Source: Acidobacteriota bacterium
GTDB lineage: Bacteria; Acidobacteriota; UBA6911; RPQK01; JAJDTT01
Assembly: GCA_965217775.1 (NCBI GenBank)
Contig: CBDCJH010000002.1
Span: forward strand, 5,536,001 to 5,600,000
Length of the DNA: 64,000 bases
Reading direction: 5' to 3'
Positions 50,742 to 60,717 of this stretch are shown piece after piece. Numbering within the stretch: position 1 is the stretch's first letter; each line of letters starts with the position of its first letter. Under the pieces are notes generated by a model, which worked only from the letters and a program-made list of their open reading frames with translations, searched no databases and was not told the origin of the DNA. Both the position numbers and the translations under genes were made by a program.

Positions 50742-53700
50742 ATGAACCTCGAAGATCTTCAGCCCCACGCCCAGGTCGGAGGTATTGATCCGGAAGGGCC
50801 GGTAACGGTAGTCGCCGCGAAGTGGTTGGGGTCGCGGGCTGTCGAGGTCGCTTACAGAACTCCTTCGAGCAGAGCAGCCACCAAGGCCCTGCGCCGGAGC
50901 GATCAGCAAAGTCTCGAAGCAATCTCCGAGTCTCTCTTCTTGGACCTTCGACGCCGGCGGCACGCTATTCCGGCTCGTCTCCGAGGCCCAACGCATCCGC
51001 CTCGCCCACCTCTTCGATCCCCTGCTGGCCGTCCATACCTCCCTGGTCGAGCCGCTGCCCCACCAGATCACGGCGGTCTACGAGTCGATGCTGCCGCGCC
51101 AGCCCCTCCGCTTCCTCCTCGCCGACGATCCAGGCAGCGGCAAGACGATCATGGCGGGGCTGCTCATGAAGGAGATGATCGTCCGGGGTGACCTCGAACG
51201 CTGTCTGGTCGTGTGCCCCGGGAGCTTGGCCGAGCAGTGGCAGGACGAACTGGAGCGCCGGTTCCAGCTTCCCTTCGCCGTCTACACCAGCGAGGCGCTC
51301 CAAGCGGCACGGCCCGACAACTGGTTCGAGCGGAACGACCTGATCATCGCACGCCTCGACATGCTCTCCCGCAACCAGGAGGTCCAGGAACTGCTCCGGG
51401 CTCCGGAGTGCCGCTGGGACCTGGTGGTGTGCGACGAGGCCCACAAGATGTCGGCCAGCTACTTCGGCCGGGAGGCCAGGTACACGAAGCGCTACGGGTT
51501 GGGAGAGCTGCTCGGCCGACTCACTCGTCACTTCCTCCTCATGACCGCCACACCCCACAACGGCAAGGAGGACGATTTCCAGCTTTCCATGGCGCTGCTC
51601 GACGACGACCGGTTCGAGGGACGCTTCCGCCCCGGCGTTCACCGCCCCGACACCTCGGACCTGATGCGCCGCATGGTCAAGGAGAAACTGTTCAAGTTCG
51701 ACGGAACGCCGCTTTTCCCCGTGCGCCGCGCCTACACCGTTCCCTACAAGCTCTCCGAGGGCGAAGCAGCACTGTACAAGGCGGTTACCCAATATGTGCG
51801 GAGAGAGTTCAATCGGGCGGAGCGCCTCGATGCCAGGAAGCGGACGACCGTCGGATTCGCGCTGACCATCCTGCAGCGTCGCCTCGCCTCGTCGCCCGAA
51901 GCAATCCACCGATCTCTGCGCAGGCGTCGCCAGCGTCTGTAGGACCGGCTGCGGGAGATGGAGGACCTTCTCAGTGGCCGGGCAGTGGCTTCCTCGCTCG
52001 TGCCGGGCGGTCCCGAACTGGAATCGGAAGATATCGAAGATCTGGAGGACGCGCCCGAGGGCGAAGTCGAGGCGGCCGAAGCCGAGGTGCTGGACCAGGC
52101 GACTGCCGCCCGTTCGATTCCCGAGCTGAAGGCGGAGACCGAGACGTTGCGGGAGCTGGAACGGCTCGCCCGCAAGGTTCTGAACCGAAGCGACGACACC
52201 AAGTGGCGGGAACTGGCCGGTCTGCTGGGCAAGGTCTTCACACCTGCCGGTCTGGCGCCGCACGTCAAGGAGCCTGGAGTGCCCTACGGAGCGGGGGAGA
52301 TCCCGCCTCCCCAGTCGTCGCCCGGCCAGAAGTTGGTCGTCTTCACCGAGCACAAGGACACTCTCAACTACCTGAACGACCGCATCAGGACCCTGATCGG
52401 GCGGCCCGAGGCCGTGGTCGTGATTCACGGCGGGCTGAACCGGCGCGACCGGCTCAGGGCGCAGGAGGCCTTCCGCCACGATCCGGAGGTCAGGGTGCTG
52501 CTGGCCACCGACGCCGCAGGGGAAGGGATCAACCTGCAGCGCGCGCACCTGATGGTGAACTACGACCTGCCGTGGAACCCCAACCGCCTCGAACAGCGCT
52601 TCGGGCGCATCCACCGCATCGGTCAGGCCGAAGTCTGCCACCTGTGGAATCTCGTCGCCGCGGACACCCGGGAAGGGAAGGTCTATCAGACGCTGTTGGA
52701 CAAGCTGGAGACCGAGCGGCAGGCCCTGGGCGGCCAGGTGTTTGATGTGCTCGGTCAGGTCCGGTTCGAGGGGAATTCGTTGAAGGATCTGCTGGTCAAG
52801 GCGATCCGCTGCTCGACGCCGTACTCGATCTGACCCTGGAACGGAACCCCACGGTCCTCAAACGCGGCGCAGTGCTGGTCGACGACCGTGACCCTGGGGT
52901 GGAACCGCGGGTCCTCATCAATCTGGAGCACGCTGTTCACGACGCCCGGCCGGCAATGGACGGAGCGGAGCGGACCATCTCCATGCATATGATCTACCTC
53001 GACTTCGGTCCGGAGGGCGTGCGAGGCTGCGTCCAGTTCGCGCCGTACCTGGATTTTCGACCGCTCCAGCCGCACGAACCCTCGCCCGGCGAGATCCTCG
53101 GCCGACAGGAGTGCGCGTGGATCGGCCGCGAGCTTGAGCGTCAGGCGGCGGCGTACGCGGCCGAGAAGGTCGTTCCCGAGCACTTGGCGGAGGTCGGCAA
53201 GGCCAGGCAGTCCGCCATCGACAGGACGGAGGCGGCGGTCAAGGACCGGCTCACGAAGGAGATCTCCCGTTGGGACCACCGCGCCGAGGATCTGAAGCTC
53301 CGGGAGAAGGCCGGTCTTGCCAGTGCCGGCCGGAACTCGCGGGAGGCCGCGAAGTATGCCGATCAACTTCAGGCCAGGCTCAAACGGCGGCTCGATGTGC
53401 TGGCGCTGGAACGGCGCATCTCGGCGGGGCCGCCGGTCGTGCTCGGCGGAATGCTGGTCGTGCCGAGGGGTTTGCTCGACAGGATCGCCGGTCTCAAGAC
53501 CAGGAGCAAAGCCGCCGCCGACACGCAGGCGATCGCGGCGCGAGCCCGCGCCATCGTCATGGAGGTCGAGCGCGGCCTGGGCTTCGAGCCAACCGACCGG
53601 GAGTTCGAGAGGTTGGGGTACGACATCGAGAGCCGGGTTCCCGAGACCGGCCGTCTGCGGTTCATTGAAGTGAAAGGCCGGGTCGAAGGCGCGCCGACGA

Positions 53701-53900
53701 TCACGGTGACGCGCAACGAGATCCTGTTCTCGCTCAACAAGCCGGACGGCTTCATCTTGGCGATCGTCGAGTTCCCGGACGAGGGAGGGCACCGCGTCCA
53801 CTACCTGCGGCGGCCATTCCGACGGGAGCCCGACTTCGGCGCAACCGGCGTCCTGTACGACTTCTCGGACTTGCTCGCGCGGGCGGGAGAGCCGTCGTGA
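50742..53900 (+). pseudogene. SNF2-family helicase with C-terminal DUF3883 nuclease, disrupted
   Basis: [59 protein letters not shown]; frameshift near 50935, in-frame TAG 51940-42, frameshift/deletion near 52805. Confidence 0.85.
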
Positions 53901-54183
53901 GGTGGCGGGCAGATCGTGCATCTGCACCGGCACAGGCGGCAGCGGGTGCGGGCAGTATTGGGGGCGGGCCGGGTTCACTACGAACCGGAGGGTGGATCAA
54001 CGCAATGAGCTTCGGAGCATCGGGGCTTTCCGGCGACTGGTCTCGAAGCTGGGACTGGCGCGGGAGATCGACCTCTGGCTGAAACTGCTGAAGCAGCCCC
54101 TGCCAGATTACGAGCCGGACGACAACTCCAGCAACGAAGCGGTAACGCCGTTCCGGGCCATCCCCGGATTGGCGGAACTCCGT

Positions 54184-55797
54184 TCACCGCTTCAGCAGCT
54201 CATCCAGCGACAGCTTCTCGAAGACGAGGTCCGACCGGCTCCCCTCGTAGACGATCCCCACGTGCCGATCGTCGACCCGGGTGATGCCGGGATAGCCGCG
54301 CCCCCGGCCCTCGTCCAGCAGAATCTGGTAGTCCTCGGGCCAGGTCATGCCGTCGTCGAAGCTGACCTTGATGGTGTGGTGATGCCGCCCGTCCGTGGCG
54401 TTCGGATTGGCAAACAGCAAGATGTGTTTCGACTCGCCCTCTTCCTGGTAGTCGAAACGGAAAAGACTGGCGTTGCAATTCGGTTCGATCAACGCCTTGC
54501 GGTTGGTTTCGTGCGGTATCCAGCTGAGGCCCAGATCCCAGGTCACATAGATGGCCCGGTACGGGTCCGGCTTGTCGTTGCGCATGTTCAGCATGATGGA
54601 TCCGTTGCCGAGCTCCACCGCCAGGGTTTCGTTGCCTCCACTGAAGGACGGGCTGCTCACCGTCCAGGTGGCGCCATGGTCGCGGCTGTAGGTGATATTG
54701 CCAAAGGGGTATCCGGTCTCGTCCCGCCCCTGAGTCGGCATGATGAGGGTCCCGTCGGAACGAGTGATCCCACGGTTCGGCGCCGGCGCGAAGAGCCACC
54801 ATTCCGATTTCTTGAATTTACGCGTGAGGTTCTCGGGCTCGGTCCAGGTGAGGCCGTCGTCCTTGGAACGGACCATCAGGAACTGGGCGGTCTTTCCGAT
54901 TTCGTATCCCGGCTCGGAGCCGTCCTCGCGCCATTGGTGCTTGCCCGGTTTGCCCCACATCCAGACGGCGGTGACGAAGATCTCCCCGGTGTTCTGGTCC
55001 ACGAGGATGCCGGGGTCGCTGACCCCGTTCTCCTCCTGGGGCAACCCGCCCCATTCCTCCATGTCCATGATCGCCCGCTGCGGCTCCCAGGTCTGGCCGC
55101 CGTCCATGCTGCGGATCAGCCCGATATCGATGTCTTCCTGCAAGTCTCGCGACTTCCGCCACCGCATGTCGTAGACGCACAGCAGGGTGCCCTTGGGCGT
55201 CGTGGCCAGCGCCGGGATGCGATAGGTGTGGACCCCGTCGTCCAGGTGTTTGCGCAGGGCCACGCCGATCCGTTTACGGACTCCGGGAGTTGCGTCCACG
55301 GGAGTCAGCACTCCTGCCGAGGTGTTGACGGAAGTGCAGACGGCATCGGTTTTGTGTCCCAAGTCGGCGGTTGCCCGCAACCGGACGGAGAGCCAGAAGA
55401 CATTCTTCCCTGGCGACAGTTCCTGATTTCCGGTGAAGATGACTTCCTTAGCTGGGCGAGCGAGATCGCCGAACCTGTTCTCAACCCCGAATTCCTCCTT
55501 GTCACCCGAGTAGAACAACTCCAGGGACTCAATGTCGTTCAGATCGTCCGTACCGCTAAGCCTAAAGAGGAATAATCCGGCGGTGTGGCCGGCGGCCTGT
55601 GCTTCGACAGACAGTCGCAGCAGCGGATTGTGTTCATTTCGGATCAGCACCGGATGCACTCGTTGGGACGCGGTGATTTCCAGGCCGCCGAAGAACGTTC
55701 CGCTACATCCAACGAGAGTCAGCAGGAGCAGGATGGAAGCCGCATGTCCCATCGCGATCAGACGAGTCGGTTTCGGAAATCCTCTTCCGGTTTTCAT
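54184..55797 (-). CDS. Exo-alpha-sialidase (GH33), probable lipoprotein
   Basis: YRIP motif; Asp boxes SMDGGQTW, SKDDGLTW, SRDHGATW, SFDDGMTW; MLNMR; IVYEG; lipobox-like LVGC. Confidence 0.9.
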   Translation of the reverse strand: MKTGRGFPKPTRLIAMGHAASILLLLTLVGCSGTFFGGLEITASQRVHPVLIRNEHNPLLRLSVEAQAAGHTAGLFLFRLSGTDDLNDIESLELFYSGDKEEFGVENRFGDLARPAKEVIFTGNQELSPGKNVFWLSVRLRATADLGHKTDAVCTSVNTSAGVLTPVDATPGVRKRIGVALRKHLDDGVHTYRIPALATTPKGTLLCVYDMRWRKSRDLQEDIDIGLIRSMDGGQTWEPQRAIMDMEEWGGLPQEENGVSDPGILVDQNTGEIFVTAVWMWGKPGKHQWREDGSEPGYEIGKTAQFLMVRSKDDGLTWTEPENLTRKFKKSEWWLFAPAPNRGITRSDGTLIMPTQGRDETGYPFGNITYSRDHGATWTVSSPSFSGGNETLAVELGNGSIMLNMRNDKPDPYRAIYVTWDLGLSWIPHETNRKALIEPNCNASLFRFDYQEEGESKHILLFANPNATDGRHHHTIKVSFDDGMTWPEDYQILLDEGRGRGYPGITRVDDRHVGIVYEGSRSDLVFEKLSLDELLKR

Positions 55798-55828
55798 AGG
55801 TTCTCCTCCATTGGCCTGGTCGGGCTTG

Positions 55829-55988
55829 GCAGCCCGTGGCAAAAGTCGTCACGGCATTCGACCGTCCCTGCATCCCGGCGGACTGCGTTGCGATTCGGTC
55901 ACATACTCCCGGTATGCTCCCTCATCGCGCCTTGTCCGGCGGGCGCAGGAACGGTCTCGGTGCTCGCGAGACTTTCACCACGGACTGC
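55829..55988. mobile_element. ~160-bp non-autonomous MITE-like hairpin element
   Basis: Terminal inverted repeats GCAGCCCGTGGCAAAAGTC / GACTTTCACCACGGACTGC (3 mismatches); internal inverted arms; flanked by TG/TG. Confidence 0.7.
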
Positions 55989-56082
55989 TGGGTCCGCAGG
56001 GAGTCGATTCTACTCCCATTGGGGCCGCTCCTCTCGAGTCTTGACCCTGGCTTGGGAACGAGGCCCAACCCGGAAGGCTCGG

Positions 56083-57096
56083 TCAGAGGCGGATTCTGGC
56101 CAAGTAGATGCTGGTCTTTCCCTCATGGGAAGAGTAGTAGCTGATCCAGAGAAGTCCCTGGTACCAGACCATCCCCGGGTAGCTCGTGTCGCCGCCGCTG
56201 GGCAGCTTGAGCACAGGTTCGTAGCCGCTCAACGTCAATCGGGCCAGGACGGTGAAGGGCTCTCCCCGGGTCCAGGCTCCGATCACGGGCGTTCCGGGCG
56301 GATACCCTCGGGACGCGGCCCACAATGATCCGTCGGGTACCCGGATGAAATTGGGACCTCCCAGACGGTGCTCCAGCTTGTGAAACGTCCATTCCCGGTA
56401 GGGTGGCGGGCTGCTTCCAACCCAACCCGGCCGGATCAGAGCCACCATCCGGTCGTCCGGCAGGAAACGGACGGTGGTTTCGCTGGGAGCCGTCTTTCGA
56501 GCCTCGGGCGTCAGGCCGGGCAGCTTGAATTCCGTGATCCAGTTCCACTCGATCCCGTCGGTGGTCCAGTAGAGGAAGGCACGTCGAGGAGTGGGAGTCT
56601 CACCCAATTTGGAGACGCCGTAGCCGCGCCCCTTGTGCCAGGTCACGCGCCACACCCAATGATCCTCCGCCAAGACACGGCGGGGCGATGACCAGTCGAA
56701 TCCGTTCCCGGAAAAGGCCACCCGGGGCGCCCGCGTCAGGTACCGGTCCCCGTCGTACAGGCTGCCACCGGAGATGAGGAGAAGGCGTCCGTCCGCCATC
56801 ACGGACAATTTGGGATCCCTCAGATCCACACCCTCTTCAGTCACCAGTGCGGCCGATTCCCACCCTTCACCATCCTGGGAAACGAGCACCCGCAACTGGC
56901 CGTGCCGGCCTCCCGCGTGGCGCTCCCCCTCCCGGAAGGTGCAGAACCACTTTCCCTGAAAGCGGACCAGATCCGTGAAGGCGTTATGAGGCGCCCGGTC
57001 CCAGATCTTCCGGACCGATATGATCTCCGGCGCACCGGCGCTCACGACGGCAGTGCCCACCCACCAGAAAAAAAGCATGCGGAGAACAGGTGCCAT
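56083..57096 (-). CDS. Secreted sialidase-like (BNR) beta-propeller protein
   Basis: KIWDRAPHNAFTDL, TFREG..H, SQDGEGW, DLRDPKL, WRVTWH, GGDTSYPG, SYYSSHEGKTSIYLA. Confidence 0.8.
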   Translation of the reverse strand: MAPVLRMLFFWWVGTAVVSAGAPEIISVRKIWDRAPHNAFTDLVRFQGKWFCTFREGERHAGGRHGQLRVLVSQDGEGWESAALVTEEGVDLRDPKLSVMADGRLLLISGGSLYDGDRYLTRAPRVAFSGNGFDWSSPRRVLAEDHWVWRVTWHKGRGYGVSKLGETPTPRRAFLYWTTDGIEWNWITEFKLPGLTPEARKTAPSETTVRFLPDDRMVALIRPGWVGSSPPPYREWTFHKLEHRLGGPNFIRVPDGSLWAASRGYPPGTPVIGAWTRGEPFTVLARLTLSGYEPVLKLPSGGDTSYPGMVWYQGLLWISYYSSHEGKTSIYLARIRL

Positions 57097-57169
57097 CTCC
57101 CGCTCCTCCTGTCCGAAAGGATGTTCTCGGCTCGGAACGTTTCATGCCAATCTAGCACTGCAAAATACC

Positions 57170-57220
57170 GTCCGCCAGGATGCAGGCCCGGTCGAATGCC
57201 GTGACGACTCTTGCCACGGG
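57170..57220 (-). repeat. Partial (one-arm) copy of the MITE
   Basis: Minus strand CCCGTGGCAAGAGTCGTCACGGCATTCGACCGGGCCTGCATCCTGGCGGAC matches 55833-55883 with few mismatches. Confidence 0.75.
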
Positions 57221-57273
57221 GTATTGACGGACCGGACACTGCACGTACCAACGACACCGCTGTCCCCTGATTG

Positions 57274-57303
57274 TTGACAGTGTCGGACGACATCCCTTAG
57301 ACT
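57274..57303 (+). promoter_or_regulatory. Sigma70-type promoter of the TonB receptor
   Basis: TTGACA, 18 bp, TAGACT; TGTC-GGAC-GACA palindrome in the spacer. Confidence 0.55.
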
Positions 57304-57471
57304 TCCGAAATCCCAGGGTTGGTCGAACTCTAAATGCTCGAGGCAGAATACGTTGATCCTTTCTATTCGACCAATCCCACCGAGTACGCCACAGCAAGAG
57401 GAGCACGGCGCAGTCGCGCCGGGTGGTTTCCCTCAGCTTCCTTATTTCCCACCGATTCGGAGGAAAAGGTA

Positions 57472-60400
57472 ATGCGACGTAGTTCAATGGCCGTAATCAT
57501 GTTGGTCGCGATCGTTCTGGCGTCGGCTGGCGGTCTCCGGGCCCAGGCAGAAGGGTCCGGGACCATCACGGGTACGGTGCGCGACAATAGCGGTGCCGTG
57601 GTTCCTGGTGCTGACTTGGCCGTTGCCAATGAGGCGACGGGCCTCAGACGAACCGGCATTTCCGGCGAACAAGGGGCTTTCACTTTCGCCGCCTTGCCGG
57701 TCGGCTTGTACAACCTCAGTGTGGAGATGCCCGGCTTCAAGAAAGCGGTCGTGGAAGGGATCCAACTCGAGGTATACGCCGTGGTGGATCACACCCTGAC
57801 TCTTCAGGTGGGTGAAGTCAGCGATACGGTGTTGGTCACGGCCGAGGCTACGGTGGTGGACCGAAGAACCGCCGAGCTGGGGACCGTGATCGGGAAAGAG
57901 TTGGTCGAGGAACTGCCGCTGAACGGCCGGGGTTTCTTGCAGCTCGCCGGGATTCAGGCTGGCGTGCAGGACGGTAATGCTGCTCCCGGCGTAGCGCAAT
58001 GGGCTTACGGTCCTCGCCAGACCTCGGCGTCCATTTCCGGAACGCGGGTGAGTTCCACGTCGTTCGTATTCGACGGGATTCCTTTCAAGGAGCATTTTTA
58101 CGGTGCCCCGGGGGCCCTCGTTCAAGTCGATGCCATCGCGGAATTCAAGGTGCAGAAGGGCTTTTTCACGGGCCGCGGTGCAACCCCAGGAGTGATCAGC
58201 GTCGTCACCAAACAGGGAACGAACGTGGTTCATGGGAGCGCCTGGTTTTTTCACCGTAACGACAACCTGGATGCCAGAAGCTTCTTTGAAAGAGAGATCG
58301 GAGAGTTTCGGCAACACCAGTGGGGCTTCGAGGTCGGGGGGCCGGTACTGAAGGACAAGCTGTTCTGGTACACCTCTTTGGAGGGGTTGGATTCCAGCCG
58401 GTTCAACACCCAGTTCCTCACCGTACCGTCGACCGCGTATCTCCGGGGGGATTTTTCCTCGTTGTCGACTCCCATCATGGACCCGATGACGGGCGAGGCC
58501 TTTCCCAACAACCAGATTCCGTCCAATCGCATTCACAAGTGGGCCCAGTTGTATATGGAGGATGGCCTCATTCCAGCGCCCAATCTTCCAGTAACCGCCA
58601 ACAACTTCACCGGTGCCGCACCGACCAATCAGACTGACAGGAAATGGATCTGGCGTGGAGACTGGCAGATCTCGGACAATGATAAAGTCTTTGCCCGGGT
58701 GATCCACTCCGACTCGCAACTGTACGCCAGTAGAATCAACAAAGGGGCGAATGTCGAGTATCCGCTGGATGGAAGAAATGCCGTCGTCAACTGGACCCAC
58801 GTTTTTGCCAATAATCTGATTCTGGACGCGCGCGCCGGACTGAACCGCGCCGTGATGTCATTGGCGCAGAACCTGGAACGGGACACGGACCCGATCTGGT
58901 CCGAAAGGTACGGGATCAGAAACATCAACACGACCCGGACTTGCAACTATGCTCCAGGTGCACGAATGGTCGGCTATTCGAGCTTTGGGGGCGCCGGCAA
59001 CTGCATCGTCCCGGTCAACAACGACCTCTACTACATGGCCGATATGAGCTACACCCAGGGTCGGCACGAAATGACCTGGGGTATGACCATCATCGACCGG
59101 TTCACACAGCAACTGGCGGCCTCGTGGACCCAGGGGAACTTCCAATTTTCAGGAATCATTACCGGGAACGACGTGGCCGACTTCCTATTGGGGCATCCTG
59201 AGAATTCTACGGGCGCCGCGGCGGCTGGGGCGAATCGGGTGTCCATGTGGTGGGACGCGTATTTCGAGGACCGCATCCGCGTGACCCCCAATCTCAGCCT
59301 GACCCTGGCTCTGCGCTACCAGGTGCATCCCTGGCTCGCTCTGGAGGTTGGACCGGAAGGCGGCAACTATCTGGATATAATGGACTTCACGCGTCCGCGC
59401 GGAGGCGTGATTTTCGGAGGGCCGGGAAGTCTGATCGATACCGACTTCAACGATTTCGCGCCACGGATCGGGTTTGCCTGGACACCCACTGCCAACCAGA
59501 ATTTCGTGCTCCGGGGCAGCTACGGTGTCTTCTATGACGAAACCCCGGGCAACGACTTGGCGTGGGACAGCTCCGGTCCGCAAAATGCATTCATTAACAA
59601 TGCGATCAGCCGGGATCCGAGGAACCCCGTAGACATCGGCACGCTGTTTAAGGATCCTCCCGTATTCGATCCGGACAACTTCAACGAAATTCTGGATATG
59701 AGCGATCCCATCGGATATGTCTCACTGATTACGGATGAGAGACGGAGTCCGTATCTGCAGAACTGGACCTTGAGCATTCAGAACATGCTTCCGGGGCAGG
59801 TTCTGCTGGAGACGGCTTATGTCGGATCGACCGGCAGGAAACTGTCCCAGCGGCAGGAGTTGAATCGTCCACTTCCCCAACTCGGCGCGCCCCCCTTCGA
59901 GCAGGAGCGCCGCCCCTGGCCCAATATCGGCTTCAATATCCAGGACGCCGGTGCGGGGATGTCCGATTACAATGCACTTCAAGTCACCGTCAGAAAATCC
60001 AGCTCCAAACTCAGCTTCCTGATGGGCTATACCTGGGGGAAGACAACCGACTGGGATTCCTTTGGGTCCGTGACGACGTATCGGCTGACCGACACCAACA
60101 ACGCCCGAAGCGATTGGGATATGGGACACCGTTTGTCCTTCAGTTGGAACTACCTGCTTCCGAAGATGGAAGGCCAATCCGGCGTTATTCGGAATATCTT
60201 GGGTGGCTGGCAGTTTGGTGGGATTACTACGATAAACAGTGGACTGCCGATTACGGTTGGCATGTCCAGCGACAATTCCAACACGGGATCCACCTATAAC
60301 GCACGTCAGCCGAACCGGTTGCGCAACGGCACCAAGGGAACCCCCACGATCGAACAATGGTTCAATACGGCTGCTTTTGCGGAAAATCCTCTGAATACCT

Positions 60401-60654
60401 ACGGGAACAGCGGCCGCAATATCCTTGATCGAGACGGGATCATCAACCAGGATCTGGCCCTGATCAAGAACTGGAGTCTTCCCATGTTGCCGACCGAGGA
60501 AGGACAGTTGCAGCTCAGATTCGAGTTCTTCAACGCCTTCAACCACCCGAACTTCGGCGGTCCAAGCTCCAATATTCAGAGTGCAGCCTTCGGAAGGGTC
60601 AGCGGCGCGTTGTCCGGCCGAGTCATACAAGCCGCTTTGAAGATATATTTTTGA
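57472..60654 (+). CDS. TonB-dependent receptor with carboxypeptidase-regulatory-like domain
   Basis: Start ATG 57472 (GGAGG RBS); GTITGTVRDNSGAVVPGA; ELPLNGR; FHRNDNLDARSFF; NDFAPRIGFAW; FEFFNAFNHPNF; ALKIYF. Confidence 0.93.
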   Translation: MRRSSMAVIMLVAIVLASAGGLRAQAEGSGTITGTVRDNSGAVVPGADLAVANEATGLRRTGISGEQGAFTFAALPVGLYNLSVEMPGFKKAVVEGIQLEVYAVVDHTLTLQVGEVSDTVLVTAEATVVDRRTAELGTVIGKELVEELPLNGRGFLQLAGIQAGVQDGNAAPGVAQWAYGPRQTSASISGTRVSSTSFVFDGIPFKEHFYGAPGALVQVDAIAEFKVQKGFFTGRGATPGVISVVTKQGTNVVHGSAWFFHRNDNLDARSFFEREIGEFRQHQWGFEVGGPVLKDKLFWYTSLEGLDSSRFNTQFLTVPSTAYLRGDFSSLSTPIMDPMTGEAFPNNQIPSNRIHKWAQLYMEDGLIPAPNLPVTANNFTGAAPTNQTDRKWIWRGDWQISDNDKVFARVIHSDSQLYASRINKGANVEYPLDGRNAVVNWTHVFANNLILDARAGLNRAVMSLAQNLERDTDPIWSERYGIRNINTTRTCNYAPGARMVGYSSFGGAGNCIVPVNNDLYYMADMSYTQGRHEMTWGMTIIDRFTQQLAASWTQGNFQFSGIITGNDVADFLLGHPENSTGAAAAGANRVSMWWDAYFEDRIRVTPNLSLTLALRYQVHPWLALEVGPEGGNYLDIMDFTRPRGGVIFGGPGSLIDTDFNDFAPRIGFAWTPTANQNFVLRGSYGVFYDETPGNDLAWDSSGPQNAFINNAISRDPRNPVDIGTLFKDPPVFDPDNFNEILDMSDPIGYVSLITDERRSPYLQNWTLSIQNMLPGQVLLETAYVGSTGRKLSQRQELNRPLPQLGAPPFEQERRPWPNIGFNIQDAGAGMSDYNALQVTVRKSSSKLSFLMGYTWGKTTDWDSFGSVTTYRLTDTNNARSDWDMGHRLSFSWNYLLPKMEGQSGVIRNILGGWQFGGITTINSGLPITVGMSSDNSNTGSTYNARQPNRLRNGTKGTPTIEQWFNTAAFAENPLNTYGNSGRNILDRDGIINQDLALIKNWSLPMLPTEEGQLQLRFEFFNAFNHPNFGGPSSNIQSAAFGRVSGALSGRVIQAALKIYF

Positions 60655-60656
60655 CA

Positions 60657-60717
60657 GGAGGGGGGACTATCGTCCCCCCTAACCCCCCCTAATCGGCGGC
60701 AAGAAAGCCGCCGCTCC
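60657..60717. repeat. Inverted pair of GGAG-foot REP palindromes between convergent genes (may also act as a terminator)
   Basis: Plus GGAGGGGGGACTATCGTCCCCCC; minus GGAGCGGCGGCTTTCTTGCCGCCG (near-identical to the 15507 copy). Confidence 0.7.

Noticed and set aside
51940-51942. Programmed TAG readthrough or recoding in the helicase
   Set aside because: The gene has additional frameshifts and its partners are decayed; TAG is used as a normal stop elsewhere in the window
53897-54183. Missing N-terminus of the DUF1156 methylase after the inverted helicase
   Set aside because: No LIEV.LP or HLWWARRP motif found in the frames examined
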